From Patescibacteria group bacterium (GTDB lineage Bacteria > Patescibacteriota > Patescibacteriia > Magasanikbacterales > GWA2-37-8): DNA of 64,000 nt. Where the stretch lies: assembly GCA_028688375.1 (NCBI GenBank), contig JAQTYG010000001.1, positions 183,420 through 247,419 of the forward strand. The letters are read 5' to 3'. Below the pieces are notes generated by a model. That model did not search any database. It was not told the origin of the DNA and saw only the letters and a program-made list of their open reading frames with translations. Shown here in pieces: positions 1 through 9,831 of the stretch (positions are counted from its first letter, which is position 1; each line of letters begins with the position of its first letter). A program made the translations under genes and the position numbers.

Positions 1-536
1 TGGCTGAGGGCTTTAACCGAATAAGCCCGATAACCTGAATGCCACTCAGATAAATGCCCGCCGGTCATCACGTTTTCAAAGAAAGTAAGGATTTTGTTAC
101 CGATAAATTTGTACAATGGCATGCCGCCCTTGCGCGCCGCGCCTTTAACCAGCATGCGCGAACCAAAAACCGCCTCTACCCTATCTTCCAAAAGCGGGCT
201 GATTATTTCCGGCAATGCTTCGGGCGCGTATTGTCCGTCGCCGTGCAGCATCACCACGATATCATAACCTCTTTTGATCGCGTAATCATAGCCGCGTTTT
301 TGATTGCCGCCATAACCCAAATTGGCATGATTGCGAAAAATTGACAGTTTTTCAAAACCGTTTTCTCTTTTCCATTCCTCGACCACTAAATTAGTATTAT
401 CCGGCGAATGGTTGTCAAAAACAAAAATTTCCTCCACCATTTCTTTGGTGTCAGCGGGAATTCTATCCAATACCTTGGTAATTGTTGATGCGGCATTATA
501 CGCGACAATCAGTAAGGCGATCCTTTTTTTATTCAT
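1..536 (-). CDS. GT2 glycosyltransferase (runs off the window edge), paralog of 546..1337
   Basis: Read manually: ATG at 536 gives MNKKRIALLIVAYNA; contains the same NLGYGGNQKRGYDYA..MLHGDGQYAPE block as the neighbouring gene. Confidence 0.85.
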   Translation of the reverse strand, partial: MNKKRIALLIVAYNAASTITKVLDRIPADTKEMVEEIFVFDNHSPDNTNLVVEEWKRENGFEKLSIFRNHANLGYGGNQKRGYDYAIKRGYDIVVMLHGDGQYAPEALPEIISPLLEDRVEAVFGSRMLVKGAARKGGMPLYKFIGNKILTFFENVMTGGHLSEWHSGYRAYSVKALS

Positions 537-545
537 AATAAAAGA

Positions 546-1337
546 CTATTTTTGTTGATAAATAGAAGCAGAAGTATTTTTTTCGAATTTCGCGTACTTT
601 TTTATTCCGAACTTGTGCAATTTATATTGGCAAATAATCTTAAAAAGATTAGCGGCGTATTTCATACCATTCACATAACAAATTTCGTCACCGTAATATG
701 TCGGAACCGGTACTTCCACTATTCTGAAATTATGATCCAAAAACTGGATAATTATTTCACTGTCAAAATGAAAATCGTTCGTGTTCTCTTGCAAGGGAAC
801 CGCGGCCAAGGCCTTGGTGGCGTAAGCTCGATAACCGGAGTGCCATTCGGATAGATGCGCGCCGGTCGCCCAATTTTCAAAAAAAGTCAGCACTTTGTTA
901 CCTACATATTTATATAGGGGCATGCCACCGCGCCGCGCCGCGCCTTTAACCAACATACGCGAACCAAAGACGGCTTCGGCCCGATCGGCGATCAACGGCG
1001 CCAAAATTTCCGGCAATGCTTCGGGCGCGTATTGTCCGTCGCCGTGCAGCATCACCACGATGTCATAACCTCTTTTGACCGCGTAATCATAGCCGCGTTT
1101 TTGATTGCCGCCGTAACCCAAATTAACTGGGTTGCGGAAAACAGTCAACTTTTCCAAGCCGGTTTTTCTCTTCCACTCTTCAGCTACTAAGTGGGTATCA
1201 TCTTTGGAAGCATCGTCAAAAACAAAAATTTCTTCCACCATTTCTTTAACTTCCGTCGGAATACGGTCCAGTACCCGGCTGATGGTGGTGGTGGCGTTAT
1301 AAGCGATAACAAAAATGGCAATTTTCTTTTTGTCCAT
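546..1337 (-). CDS. GT2 glycosyltransferase (DPM-synthase-like)
   Basis: IAYNA, FDDASKD, HGDGQY, GSRM, SGYRAY motifs. Confidence 0.9.
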   Translation of the reverse strand: MDKKKIAIFVIAYNATTTISRVLDRIPTEVKEMVEEIFVFDDASKDDTHLVAEEWKRKTGLEKLTVFRNPVNLGYGGNQKRGYDYAVKRGYDIVVMLHGDGQYAPEALPEILAPLIADRAEAVFGSRMLVKGAARRGGMPLYKYVGNKVLTFFENWATGAHLSEWHSGYRAYATKALAAVPLQENTNDFHFDSEIIIQFLDHNFRIVEVPVPTYYGDEICYVNGMKYAANLFKIICQYKLHKFGIKKYAKFEKNTSASIYQQK

Positions 1338-1350
1338 ACGACTATTTTAT

Positions 1351-2253
1351 TTAAAATAACTGCTTTTTTTTTACTCGACAAATTATTTCGTAAGAATCGA
1401 AAAGATTCAGCGGGATAATTATTTTTTTCAATATCGCCGGGGGTTTGAATCTTAAGATTTTCGGCAGATATTGGCCCGCTCTCTCCAAAAAATAACTCAG
1501 AGTAAAATACCAATTCGGCCGACTCGTCTTCACCAATTCAAAACCGGCTTTATCCAACAATAATTTAAGCGTCTGTAAATTAAAATAATTAATGTGCGCG
1601 ATACGGTAATCCCACCATTTCCAACCCATAATTTTTGCAAAAAATGAACCCACATCCGGTGTCGTCAAAAGCAGGAACCCGTCGTCTTTTAAAACAGCTT
1701 TGACGTTTAACAATACACCGACCGGATCATCCACGTGCTCAATTACATCAACTAGAGTCGCGACATCATATCCGGTCCCCGCGTCCGGATGCGGTAGGGT
1801 GCCCAAAAGTACCGGCAATTTAAGTTCAACCGCTCTTTGTTGCAGCCAAACCGATGGTTCTACGCCGACGGCGTTATAACCAACCCTCTGCGCCTTTTCC
1901 ACTAAAATGCCGCTACCGGCGCCAATATCAATCAACCGGCCGGCTGGCACATATTTTTTTAAACCAGCGAGAATTTTTTTAGCTTGAAGGCCCCGCGGTT
2001 CTCTGGTATTTTCGTATTCCACATCTTCCAGCCCTTCGTAATAACGTCCGATTTCAGCCGTGTCCAAATTTTGTAAAAACCCGCAATCACCGCAACTAAA
2101 CAAATCCAGCGACTGACCATAGTGGGAATCGGTGATAGAAAAATTAACGCTGCTCAACTCGGTTGTCAGGTCGGATTTTTTGGCTAAAACCAGTTTATTA
2201 GAGCCGCATAACCGGCACTTTTTATCGCTCGGTGGCGAGGCCATATCGTTCAT
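1351..2253 (-). CDS. Class I SAM-dependent methyltransferase with N-terminal Zn ribbon
   Basis: CRLC...CGDC, IDIGAGSG, DVIEHV. Confidence 0.85.
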   Translation of the reverse strand: MNDMASPPSDKKCRLCGSNKLVLAKKSDLTTELSSVNFSITDSHYGQSLDLFSCGDCGFLQNLDTAEIGRYYEGLEDVEYENTREPRGLQAKKILAGLKKYVPAGRLIDIGAGSGILVEKAQRVGYNAVGVEPSVWLQQRAVELKLPVLLGTLPHPDAGTGYDVATLVDVIEHVDDPVGVLLNVKAVLKDDGFLLLTTPDVGSFFAKIMGWKWWDYRIAHINYFNLQTLKLLLDKAGFELVKTSRPNWYFTLSYFLERAGQYLPKILRFKPPAILKKIIIPLNLFDSYEIICRVKKKQLF

Positions 2254-2255
2254 AT

Positions 2256-4166
2256 TTATTTTTTTACCGATAGATCTAACATGAAATTCTTACCATCATC
2301 ATATAATACTTTTCGGTTTTTGTATAATTCCATTAAATTATCTTGGAAATCAAAACTATGCTCAGTTTCGGCCCGAAGCCAGGGATTAACATGGACCCGC
2401 AACATGCCGCTGTTCGCCTCTTTGGTAAAATTAGCTTCATTGCCGTAGGAATAAGCCACATATTTCACCCCGACCGACAATAAATAATCGGCCATTTTTT
2501 CACTCCCTTCTCTAAAAGGCAACCCCGGCGGCAAACTGGACCCTCCGGGTAAATCAATTATAAAAATGTTATTCCTCTTAAAATCAAACAAGAAATTTCT
2601 GTCTAATCTGGCTAAAATAATTTCCTGAGGCGGCACAGAGTTTTGCAGACTTTTATATTGACCCAATTCCTCGGCGCTAATCATCTCCGTGTTCAACAGG
2701 CCGATTTTTACGCCATTATCAAAACTAATGTTCCTTTCAAATTCACCCTCCCAAACAATCGCCTTCTGAATATAAACACCGAGCATAAAAACGGCCACCA
2801 TCATGGCATAAATGGAATATTTACCAACGTCATTGAGGACGCTCTTGTTTTCTTTTAACAAAGAGACTAGGAGAATTAAAATGGTGGGCACGACAAAAGA
2901 AAATATATAATAACCCAGCGAATAAGCGCCGACACCATAAATCACAGCCGCGATACCGACTAAGGAACTGACAAAAATGCACAGCAACATCCGCCTGTTG
3001 ACGTTGGTATTTTTAAATGTCAAATAACCTAAAATAATAAGGGGTAAAGTAACATTCAAGCAAGCGAAAATTTCCACTGCGACCCTAATAATGCTATACA
3101 CGTTGAGGGTCAAGTGTGGCCCGGCAAAATTGCCGTAACTCGCGCCGTGATATCCCGCGCCCAAAAACGGATAAAATAAAGTACCGGAAGATTCAAGCAT
3201 GGAAATCATCCAGGGTACCAGGGCGACGGCAAAAAGCGCCAAAACTAACAACGCGTTAAGCAGAATAATTTTTTTATTCTGACGATAAAAAGTCAGGCAA
3301 AAAAAGCAGCAGAACAAGAAGGCCGCCGGAATAATTAGGTTTGTTTTAAGAACAACCAGAGCGGATACCGTCAAACAAAGAACGGCGGTCAATTGCGACC
3401 TGCTTAAATCCCGGGTAAAACACAGTATTCTAAAAATGGCAAAGAAGAAAGCCGCGGCCAATAAAAAGCAGGTTGCATTAACGCTCGGACTGGGTATGAT
3501 GGACACTAAAAAGATAATCAGCAAAGACGCGTTTTTATTTAATTTAGCGTCTTTAAAACATTCGAGTAACAATATTATCAGTAACAAGAGGCCGATGCCG
3601 TTATCCACCAAATGGAGATTTTTAAACGAAGCGAAAGATAACACGGTCGCGTTTAGCAGGTGGCCGCCGCCCAAAGATGGAGCTATTCTTCTCTCGCTAA
3701 AAGGATCCTCGCCTAAATGGCCGGTTTGAATCATCTTCGCCGGAAAAACCAAATAGCCGTGATAGTCGTCGCTCCCGTGAAAAGGAAAAAATGACACAGC
3801 CGTGGCGTATCTGGCTAAAATTATCAGAAAGACAACGGCCGCCACGGCGGCAAATTTTTTATTATTCTTAATAAAGGCCCAGACACCGATTAAATAACCG
3901 ACGGTTGTTTTTATATTTTTTATAAACAAACCAAGCGTTACCAATAAACCAAGAGACAAAAGGCTCCAAAGCGTTGTTCTTGAAATCATTTCAAAAAGAT
4001 TGAGGTAACCGCCGATAATCATAAAAATGGCCACGCCCAAAATAACATATAAACCGAAATCAAGACGCTTTTTATTAAAAAATAAAAAAGTTACTATCTG
4101 ACCAAGGCCGGCAAAAGCCAGGAGTAGCGCCAGGCCGGCGAAAAATACGAGGAAATATGATGACAT
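2256..4166 (-). CDS. Multi-pass membrane protein (GT-C-like, putative)
   Basis: Many hydrophobic segments; acidic DD motif in first loop (HGSDDYHGY); glycan-locus context. Confidence 0.55.
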   Translation of the reverse strand: MSSYFLVFFAGLALLLAFAGLGQIVTFLFFNKKRLDFGLYVILGVAIFMIIGGYLNLFEMISRTTLWSLLSLGLLVTLGLFIKNIKTTVGYLIGVWAFIKNNKKFAAVAAVVFLIILARYATAVSFFPFHGSDDYHGYLVFPAKMIQTGHLGEDPFSERRIAPSLGGGHLLNATVLSFASFKNLHLVDNGIGLLLLIILLLECFKDAKLNKNASLLIIFLVSIIPSPSVNATCFLLAAAFFFAIFRILCFTRDLSRSQLTAVLCLTVSALVVLKTNLIIPAAFLFCCFFCLTFYRQNKKIILLNALLVLALFAVALVPWMISMLESSGTLFYPFLGAGYHGASYGNFAGPHLTLNVYSIIRVAVEIFACLNVTLPLIILGYLTFKNTNVNRRMLLCIFVSSLVGIAAVIYGVGAYSLGYYIFSFVVPTILILLVSLLKENKSVLNDVGKYSIYAMMVAVFMLGVYIQKAIVWEGEFERNISFDNGVKIGLLNTEMISAEELGQYKSLQNSVPPQEIILARLDRNFLFDFKRNNIFIIDLPGGSSLPPGLPFREGSEKMADYLLSVGVKYVAYSYGNEANFTKEANSGMLRVHVNPWLRAETEHSFDFQDNLMELYKNRKVLYDDGKNFMLDLSVKK

Positions 4167-4167
4167 A

Positions 4168-5103
4168 TTAATTTGGTTGAATTAGTTTAATAAAATTTTC
4201 GGCGCATTTACGGTCGATCAAATTTTCCCGCACATAATCACGCGCGGAAAAATTATCCAAACTATCCATAAAAATTTGTAAACGCTTTTTGAAATCGTCA
4301 GTACCGGAAAAAAACATTCCCGATCGCGCGCTTAAATACGGCGCGCTAATCACCGGATCGCGCCATCGATAGTGTTCGAACCGACAACTTCCGCCATTCC
4401 ATACGAGAGTCGGCACGTTTCTCGCCCAGGCCTCTTGCAGAGCCAATCCCTGGCTTTCCGATTCGGAAACATAGACCATGAATTTAGCTCCGGCCAGTAA
4501 TCTATGATAGTCTTTTTGTTTAAAATGTCCATAGGTAAGGACATCTATTTTAATGGGTAAATTCTTCAATTCTTTCAAAATATGGCCGGGCAATTTGTCA
4601 TCCGAACAATTCTTAAAATATACCACGGCGCCGACCCGGTCGGTTTCATTCAAATTTTCCGGTAAGGCCACTCCCGCCGGCCACACCTTAATTTTATCCG
4701 CTAAAAAAGGGCTGATTGATAAATAAAAATCTCTGACCCAATCGGATGGCTGTAATATCAAATCAATTTCCGGGGTGTTAATTATGCCGTTAAAATCATC
4801 GGGCCCCACGACTAGATTCGGCCCGGCCACCAATTTTTTAAATTTGCCCGCCTTTTTTTCTTTAATCGCCCACTGCAGTGCCACGATACTACCGTTCACA
4901 AAAACCGTATCCCCCGTTTTAATCTCTGCAATTTTAGGATTGATCAGATATGGATATTTTAATTCGTTTAAACCACGCAGCAAACTTCTCAGAACTGCTT
5001 CCGGCCCCCTATTTTTATTTAATAATTTTTTAATCACGCCACGATAGACTTCTTGAGAAAAAAATCCGGCGCTTGGTGATTTTGTTAAAATAATTAAAGA
5101 CAT
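4168..5103 (-). CDS. GT-B (GT4-like) glycosyltransferase
   Basis: SESESQGLALQEAWARNVP = E-x7-E motif. Confidence 0.75.
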   Translation of the reverse strand: MSLIILTKSPSAGFFSQEVYRGVIKKLLNKNRGPEAVLRSLLRGLNELKYPYLINPKIAEIKTGDTVFVNGSIVALQWAIKEKKAGKFKKLVAGPNLVVGPDDFNGIINTPEIDLILQPSDWVRDFYLSISPFLADKIKVWPAGVALPENLNETDRVGAVVYFKNCSDDKLPGHILKELKNLPIKIDVLTYGHFKQKDYHRLLAGAKFMVYVSESESQGLALQEAWARNVPTLVWNGGSCRFEHYRWRDPVISAPYLSARSGMFFSGTDDFKKRLQIFMDSLDNFSARDYVRENLIDRKCAENFIKLIQPN

Positions 5104-5122
5104 TTTGAGTGGCTCAAATAAA

Positions 5123-6193
5123 TTAGGCCCGCGATTTTTTAGTCTTACTTTTTACAAAATATCTAATTTTAAAATCTTCTAAAAATTTAATCATTTTAAA
5201 TGGACGATATAATCTCGCCAAAAATTTCTTTATGGCGTTTCGCCTTTTAATATATTTTGCTACAATTTTCTCGTATTTTTCCAATTCAACTGCTTTCGCG
5301 GGATTGATATTTCTCCGCCCGGCCGAATTAAACGGTTGATCTATGATGTGTTTTAAAAATTCCTCGAAACCCATTCTCACGGCGGCAAAATTATAGCCCG
5401 GTACAGTTACCGGCTCATTAATAATGCTCAAATATAAGTCATCATTATTATCGACTTCCTTAACTCGTTCTACTACTTGATCGAAAGTAGCATAACGGTG
5501 ACAATTGATAAAGCGTTTTTCGTTAAACTCTTTACCTATTTCAGGATTACCCCAATAAATCGGGATCGTTCTTGCCGCCAATGAACTAACTATTTTTTCT
5601 GTGGTATATCCAAAATTGGAAGAATTTTCGAAAGCAACGGAAAATTTATGTTTTGTCTCAAATTCTAATTTATTCTCCACTCTACGACCAATATTATTCA
5701 GACAGCGACCGCCAGCATTTACTTTTTTATAGTTACTTAGTTTATCGAAAAAAATTTTTCGGGCTGGACCGGCGAGATAATTTGAATAAACAAAACTGCA
5801 AAAATCCGTTTTCTTTAATAAATCCTGTTTAGTAAACCGATTCGTTTCTTTAAAATCGGTATCAATACCCAAAGCCAGCTCATCCCTGTGGTAAAAAACA
5901 TCTATTAAATACCACGGCAGCCTATAATATCTATCTCGAAAATTTAAATAATCATAGCCAACGGCGTAGTCACACAAATTAAAATTGGGGTGAACATTCT
6001 CTCCGGTATAAAATATTTTTATACAACCATCATATTTTAAGTGTTGAAAAGATGAATCATTAAAAAATACATATTCCGGTTTTTCTGAAAATTCAACATC
6101 GTAATATTTTTTTAATATTTTATAAATAAAATGCTCTCGTAACTCATCGTCGCGCTTATTAAATTCGCAAATTTTGATTCGAATTTTTTTCAT
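5123..6193 (-). CDS. GT10 alpha-1,3/4-fucosyltransferase
   Basis: FYTGEN, FCSFVYSN, KFSVAFENSSNFGYTTEKI, IPIYWG fucosyltransferase motifs. Confidence 0.9.
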   Translation of the reverse strand: MKKIRIKICEFNKRDDELREHFIYKILKKYYDVEFSEKPEYVFFNDSSFQHLKYDGCIKIFYTGENVHPNFNLCDYAVGYDYLNFRDRYYRLPWYLIDVFYHRDELALGIDTDFKETNRFTKQDLLKKTDFCSFVYSNYLAGPARKIFFDKLSNYKKVNAGGRCLNNIGRRVENKLEFETKHKFSVAFENSSNFGYTTEKIVSSLAARTIPIYWGNPEIGKEFNEKRFINCHRYATFDQVVERVKEVDNNDDLYLSIINEPVTVPGYNFAAVRMGFEEFLKHIIDQPFNSAGRRNINPAKAVELEKYEKIVAKYIKRRNAIKKFLARLYRPFKMIKFLEDFKIRYFVKSKTKKSRA

Positions 6194-6194
6194 A

Positions 6195-7130
6195 TTATTT
6201 TATAATCGCGATAATTTGGTTCAAATATTTTTCGTCCCGGCACTCTTCGGGGTTGCGCTCGTTAATTTCATTAAAATATTTAAACGGCACTTTTACTTGT
6301 TTATCCGCTTTGCGCGAAAACATTTCATACTCCATATCTATGTGGCCGATATCAATCACGCGATACCCTAATTTAAACAAATCATAAGCCAAAACTTTAG
6401 CCGTAGGTCCCAATGAAATTAATATCAATTTATCTTTACCGATTTTTATTACCTCATTTTTTATGGCTTCATACTTATCGTAAGCGTCGGTTGGCGGACA
6501 CAATATCCGTTGCAAGGATTTAACATTATCAAATAAATTGTTCCCCACACCCAAACGGCTTTTCTCGCCTTCAATCAAAACCACATCCTTATCTTCCCAA
6601 ATGGAGAATAATTTTTTAAATCTTTCCGCGGCTTTGGATTTATCTTTGAACGCCAAATAAAAGCGCGTCATTCCGGTATTGCCATATGTTCGATCAAACG
6701 ATAACGCACTTTTCCAGGCCGGCCCGTATCTATATATATGATGTACGCCAAACCGATAAGCGTAATATTCCTGCCAATCCTGTCTTTCCCACATATCCGG
6801 AAGCGTAAATAAAAGGCCGTTAACATCGGTTTTTAAAATCATTTCCAACTTTGCCGCCAAATCGGCATCGTATCGTTGGAAACCTAAATCCAAACCGTCG
6901 ATCAAAGAAATCTCACCGTCGCCAAAGCGTATCACGGAGAGATTTTTCTGAATTATTAGATCAATGGTGTCATCCACTGACAATACACGGGGGCGTTTAC
7001 GATTCGGCCGAAAATAGATATTGAAATAATATAAAGCAAAAGCCAGACGCCAACCGATTATTTGGCGAATTTTTAACGGCGTGACGCCTCTTATTGTCTG
7101 AACAATTGATTGGATTAACGTTCTTTTCAT
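6195..7130 (-). CDS. GT-D fold glycosyltransferase (DUF1792)
   Basis: SVIRFGDGE, LIEGEKSRLGVGN, SLGPTAKVLAYDL, IDIGHIDMEYE; start taken at MKRTL. Confidence 0.85.
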   Translation of the reverse strand: MKRTLIQSIVQTIRGVTPLKIRQIIGWRLAFALYYFNIYFRPNRKRPRVLSVDDTIDLIIQKNLSVIRFGDGEISLIDGLDLGFQRYDADLAAKLEMILKTDVNGLLFTLPDMWERQDWQEYYAYRFGVHHIYRYGPAWKSALSFDRTYGNTGMTRFYLAFKDKSKAAERFKKLFSIWEDKDVVLIEGEKSRLGVGNNLFDNVKSLQRILCPPTDAYDKYEAIKNEVIKIGKDKLILISLGPTAKVLAYDLFKLGYRVIDIGHIDMEYEMFSRKADKQVKVPFKYFNEINERNPEECRDEKYLNQIIAIIK

Positions 7131-7146
7131 AAAATACCCGGAACTT

Positions 7147-7977
7147 CTAATCAAAATCTTTTAACATTTTTTCCTTTAACACGCTGTAATTTCCCTCTAT
7201 TGATTCTAAAGAAATTCCTCTCTCCAATTCATACAATCTCGCGTAAGACATTAATCTGAAAAAGGAATAACTTAAAACAATAATCAAGCCCAGAGAGCCA
7301 TTTTTTAAACTTTTTCTATATATCCACCAATATCTGATCATGCCCGCCAACATTCTAAGAACACTAAACTTTTTACCGCGACGATACTTCTCCAGCGCTT
7401 CCTCCTCAGCATAGCGCCAGTGGCTACCGACAAACTTACCTATATTATAAACACTGAAATGCTTTAAAGCGAATTCTTCTTTATCCGGCAACTTCAAGAT
7501 TTGCTTTTTAGTGCCTAAAAATTTCCCCATGCCGTGGATATTATTCTGACTGTAGTCCATAAAATCTTTATGGTAAAAGAAGGGCGAATATCCTTTATGC
7601 GCGTAATGTCGCGTATTGCCCCAAAGATAGGTATAAAGCGGGATCAGCACCATTTTTACTTTATTCTGCATCGAAATTTCCGTCAGTTTTTCTAATAAAC
7701 TTTTCGGTGCCAAATTATCAACATAGCCCCAATAAATCCAATCGGTCTGAATTTTTCTTTTAATAAATTCGAAATTTTCTTGTGTTTCCACCTGAGGCTT
7801 GTCACTGAACGGACGCAAAACAAACTGCGCCCCGGCCTTTTCGCATAGTTCCTTAGTTTGGTCGGTGCTACCGCCATCCAAAACGATAACCGCCCCATAA
7901 TTTTTAAGGTTCCTGATAGCGTATAAAATTCTTTTCTCTTCGTTGCGCGCGAAAAGCACAAAAGTAATATTACTCAT
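7147..7977 (-). CDS. GT2 glycosyltransferase
   Basis: ARNEEKRI, VLDGGSTDQT. Confidence 0.8.
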   Translation of the reverse strand: MSNITFVLFARNEEKRILYAIRNLKNYGAVIVLDGGSTDQTKELCEKAGAQFVLRPFSDKPQVETQENFEFIKRKIQTDWIYWGYVDNLAPKSLLEKLTEISMQNKVKMVLIPLYTYLWGNTRHYAHKGYSPFFYHKDFMDYSQNNIHGMGKFLGTKKQILKLPDKEEFALKHFSVYNIGKFVGSHWRYAEEEALEKYRRGKKFSVLRMLAGMIRYWWIYRKSLKNGSLGLIIVLSYSFFRLMSYARLYELERGISLESIEGNYSVLKEKMLKDFD

Positions 7978-7981
7978 AAAG

Positions 7982-8884
7982 TTAGTTAAAAATATCGCGA
8001 AAAAAATCTACCGTTTGACGGAATCCTTCGCGCCAATTAGTAGCGGCTTGCCAATCAATTTTTTTATTATTTGACAAATCCGCGTGAGAATCCATTATTT
8101 CATCTTTTCGGTAGTCCAATTTACCGAATTGTAAAGACGTTCCACTGTTCGTAATTTCTTTCAAATATTCCACGGCTTCCTTAATAGAAACAGAGCCGCC
8201 GCTGCCGATGCCGAATTCTTCAAAATTTGATAAATTGCTTTGGTGGGTATGCGCGTTAAAAAACGCTTGAGCCACATCGTTAACGAACACGAAGTCGCGT
8301 TTTTGTTCACCGTTTGTTAACGGAATATTTTCAACTTCATTCAACAACTCTTTAACAATGGAGGGGACAAATTTTTTCAGGCCATCATTCGGTCCATACA
8401 TCTGTTCTATTCTTAAATTAAAAAATTTCATTTTGAGATATCTCGTGGCGCGTTTCGCAATGACTAAAAAATTTTTCTTAGTTTCAACATAATAATTTTC
8501 GTTATTCTCAAAAAGTATTTTTTCGTTAAAAAAAGTGTCGGCATTTATAAAACAGCCCACCTTCGCTTTTTCGCCAGCTACTAAAAGGCGGAGGGGAAGA
8601 AGTAAATTTGCTTCTGCTATCTCCGACCACGCCTCCCTCTCCCTGCCATAACAGGTGGCTACGTGAATAATAGTACTGACATCGTATTGGGAAAAACATT
8701 TTTCCACCTCAAATTTATCTAAAGATACCACAACTAACCCAGGGTGATTGGCAAACTTTTTAAGACGCGACGACGAAGAATCGTCGCGAGCCAAAATAAC
8801 CGTGCGATAGCCGTTGGCCAAAAATAATTCCACTATTTTCGAACCAAGGAAGCCGGTGCCGCCAGTTATTAAAATGGTTTGCAT
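7982..8884 (-). CDS. NAD-dependent epimerase/reductase, CDP-abequose/paratose synthase-like
   Basis: TGGTGFLG, ATCYGR, YVETK, GEQKRDFVFVNDV; adjacent to rfbH cluster. Confidence 0.75.
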   Translation of the reverse strand: MQTILITGGTGFLGSKIVELFLANGYRTVILARDDSSSSRLKKFANHPGLVVVSLDKFEVEKCFSQYDVSTIIHVATCYGREREAWSEIAEANLLLPLRLLVAGEKAKVGCFINADTFFNEKILFENNENYYVETKKNFLVIAKRATRYLKMKFFNLRIEQMYGPNDGLKKFVPSIVKELLNEVENIPLTNGEQKRDFVFVNDVAQAFFNAHTHQSNLSNFEEFGIGSGGSVSIKEAVEYLKEITNSGTSLQFGKLDYRKDEIMDSHADLSNNKKIDWQAATNWREGFRQTVDFFRDIFN

Positions 8885-8893
8885 ATAATAAAA

Positions 8894-9778
8894 TTATTTT
8901 CTTAATCCAATTACTCGTAAAGTGGCCTTGGCTAATTCTTTAAAGGCTACCCAGCAACTGTGCCACAAAAAAAACGCCTCTACTCGATAACGCGGTATAT
9001 CTAAGTCGTAAAAATCGCTGATCCATAGAATACTTTTAATAGTCGCGCGGTTACGCTTTAAATTGGTTTCCAACCCCGTATACGAATCCCAGCGCAAGTT
9101 GTCATTTCGTGTTTTGATTAATGGCTCCGCTAATAACGCAAACCTGCTATCTTTAAAAACATTTAACAAAATAAAAAAATGAACAATGTTGGTGCCAATA
9201 AAAATTTCTTTATTGGCAAAATTTGTCCAAGCTTTTCGGAAAAAAAGCTGCGTAGACATGCTGCTAAAAAATCCCACTAAATCCATATAATTTTTAATGG
9301 ATTTAACAAAATCTGACAAATTGGGATAGACGATATCTTGAGTGATCTGATGATTAGGGAAGGGTAGGACGGGGTTTTTCAGCCAATGGTCATAGCCCCA
9401 ACAATTAAGCATGAGGTACGGAGCTCTGATCGTTTTAATTTTTTGAATTATGACTGAAAAACTTTCCGGGAAAAAAGCGTCGTCGTCGCCAATGGTTAGA
9501 CAATATTCTCCCGAACTTTTCTCTACTGCTTTTAATAAATTGCGATCAAAACCTATATTTTTTTCATTTCTAAAAAATTTAATATTACTAAATTTCTTTT
9601 GGAAACTTTCTACCAGGGAGGCGGTTCCGTCCGTACTGGCGTTGTCGCAAATCACAACTTCGACCTGTTCGAACAGATCTCTGTCTTTAAACTGAGAAAC
9701 GATACTTTCTAAATTTTCTTTTAGGCACTCCGCCCGATTAAGGGTGGGTATACAGATGCTTAAGACCGGATTTTCCAT
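8894..9778 (-). CDS. GT2 glycosyltransferase (RfbV/abequosyltransferase-like)
   Basis: LSICIPTLNRA, CDNASTDGT, NIGFDRN, GDDD. Confidence 0.8.
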   Translation of the reverse strand: MENPVLSICIPTLNRAECLKENLESIVSQFKDRDLFEQVEVVICDNASTDGTASLVESFQKKFSNIKFFRNEKNIGFDRNLLKAVEKSSGEYCLTIGDDDAFFPESFSVIIQKIKTIRAPYLMLNCWGYDHWLKNPVLPFPNHQITQDIVYPNLSDFVKSIKNYMDLVGFFSSMSTQLFFRKAWTNFANKEIFIGTNIVHFFILLNVFKDSRFALLAEPLIKTRNDNLRWDSYTGLETNLKRNRATIKSILWISDFYDLDIPRYRVEAFFLWHSCWVAFKELAKATLRVIGLRK

Positions 9779-9831
9779 AAATATTATAAAATTGATTGCA
9801 TAAATTTCGAAAAATGACCATTATGATAAAT

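Noticed and set aside
205-1124. DGR template/variable repeat pair
   Set aside because: The three mismatches are not adenine-specific on one strand, both copies are coding, and there is no RT.
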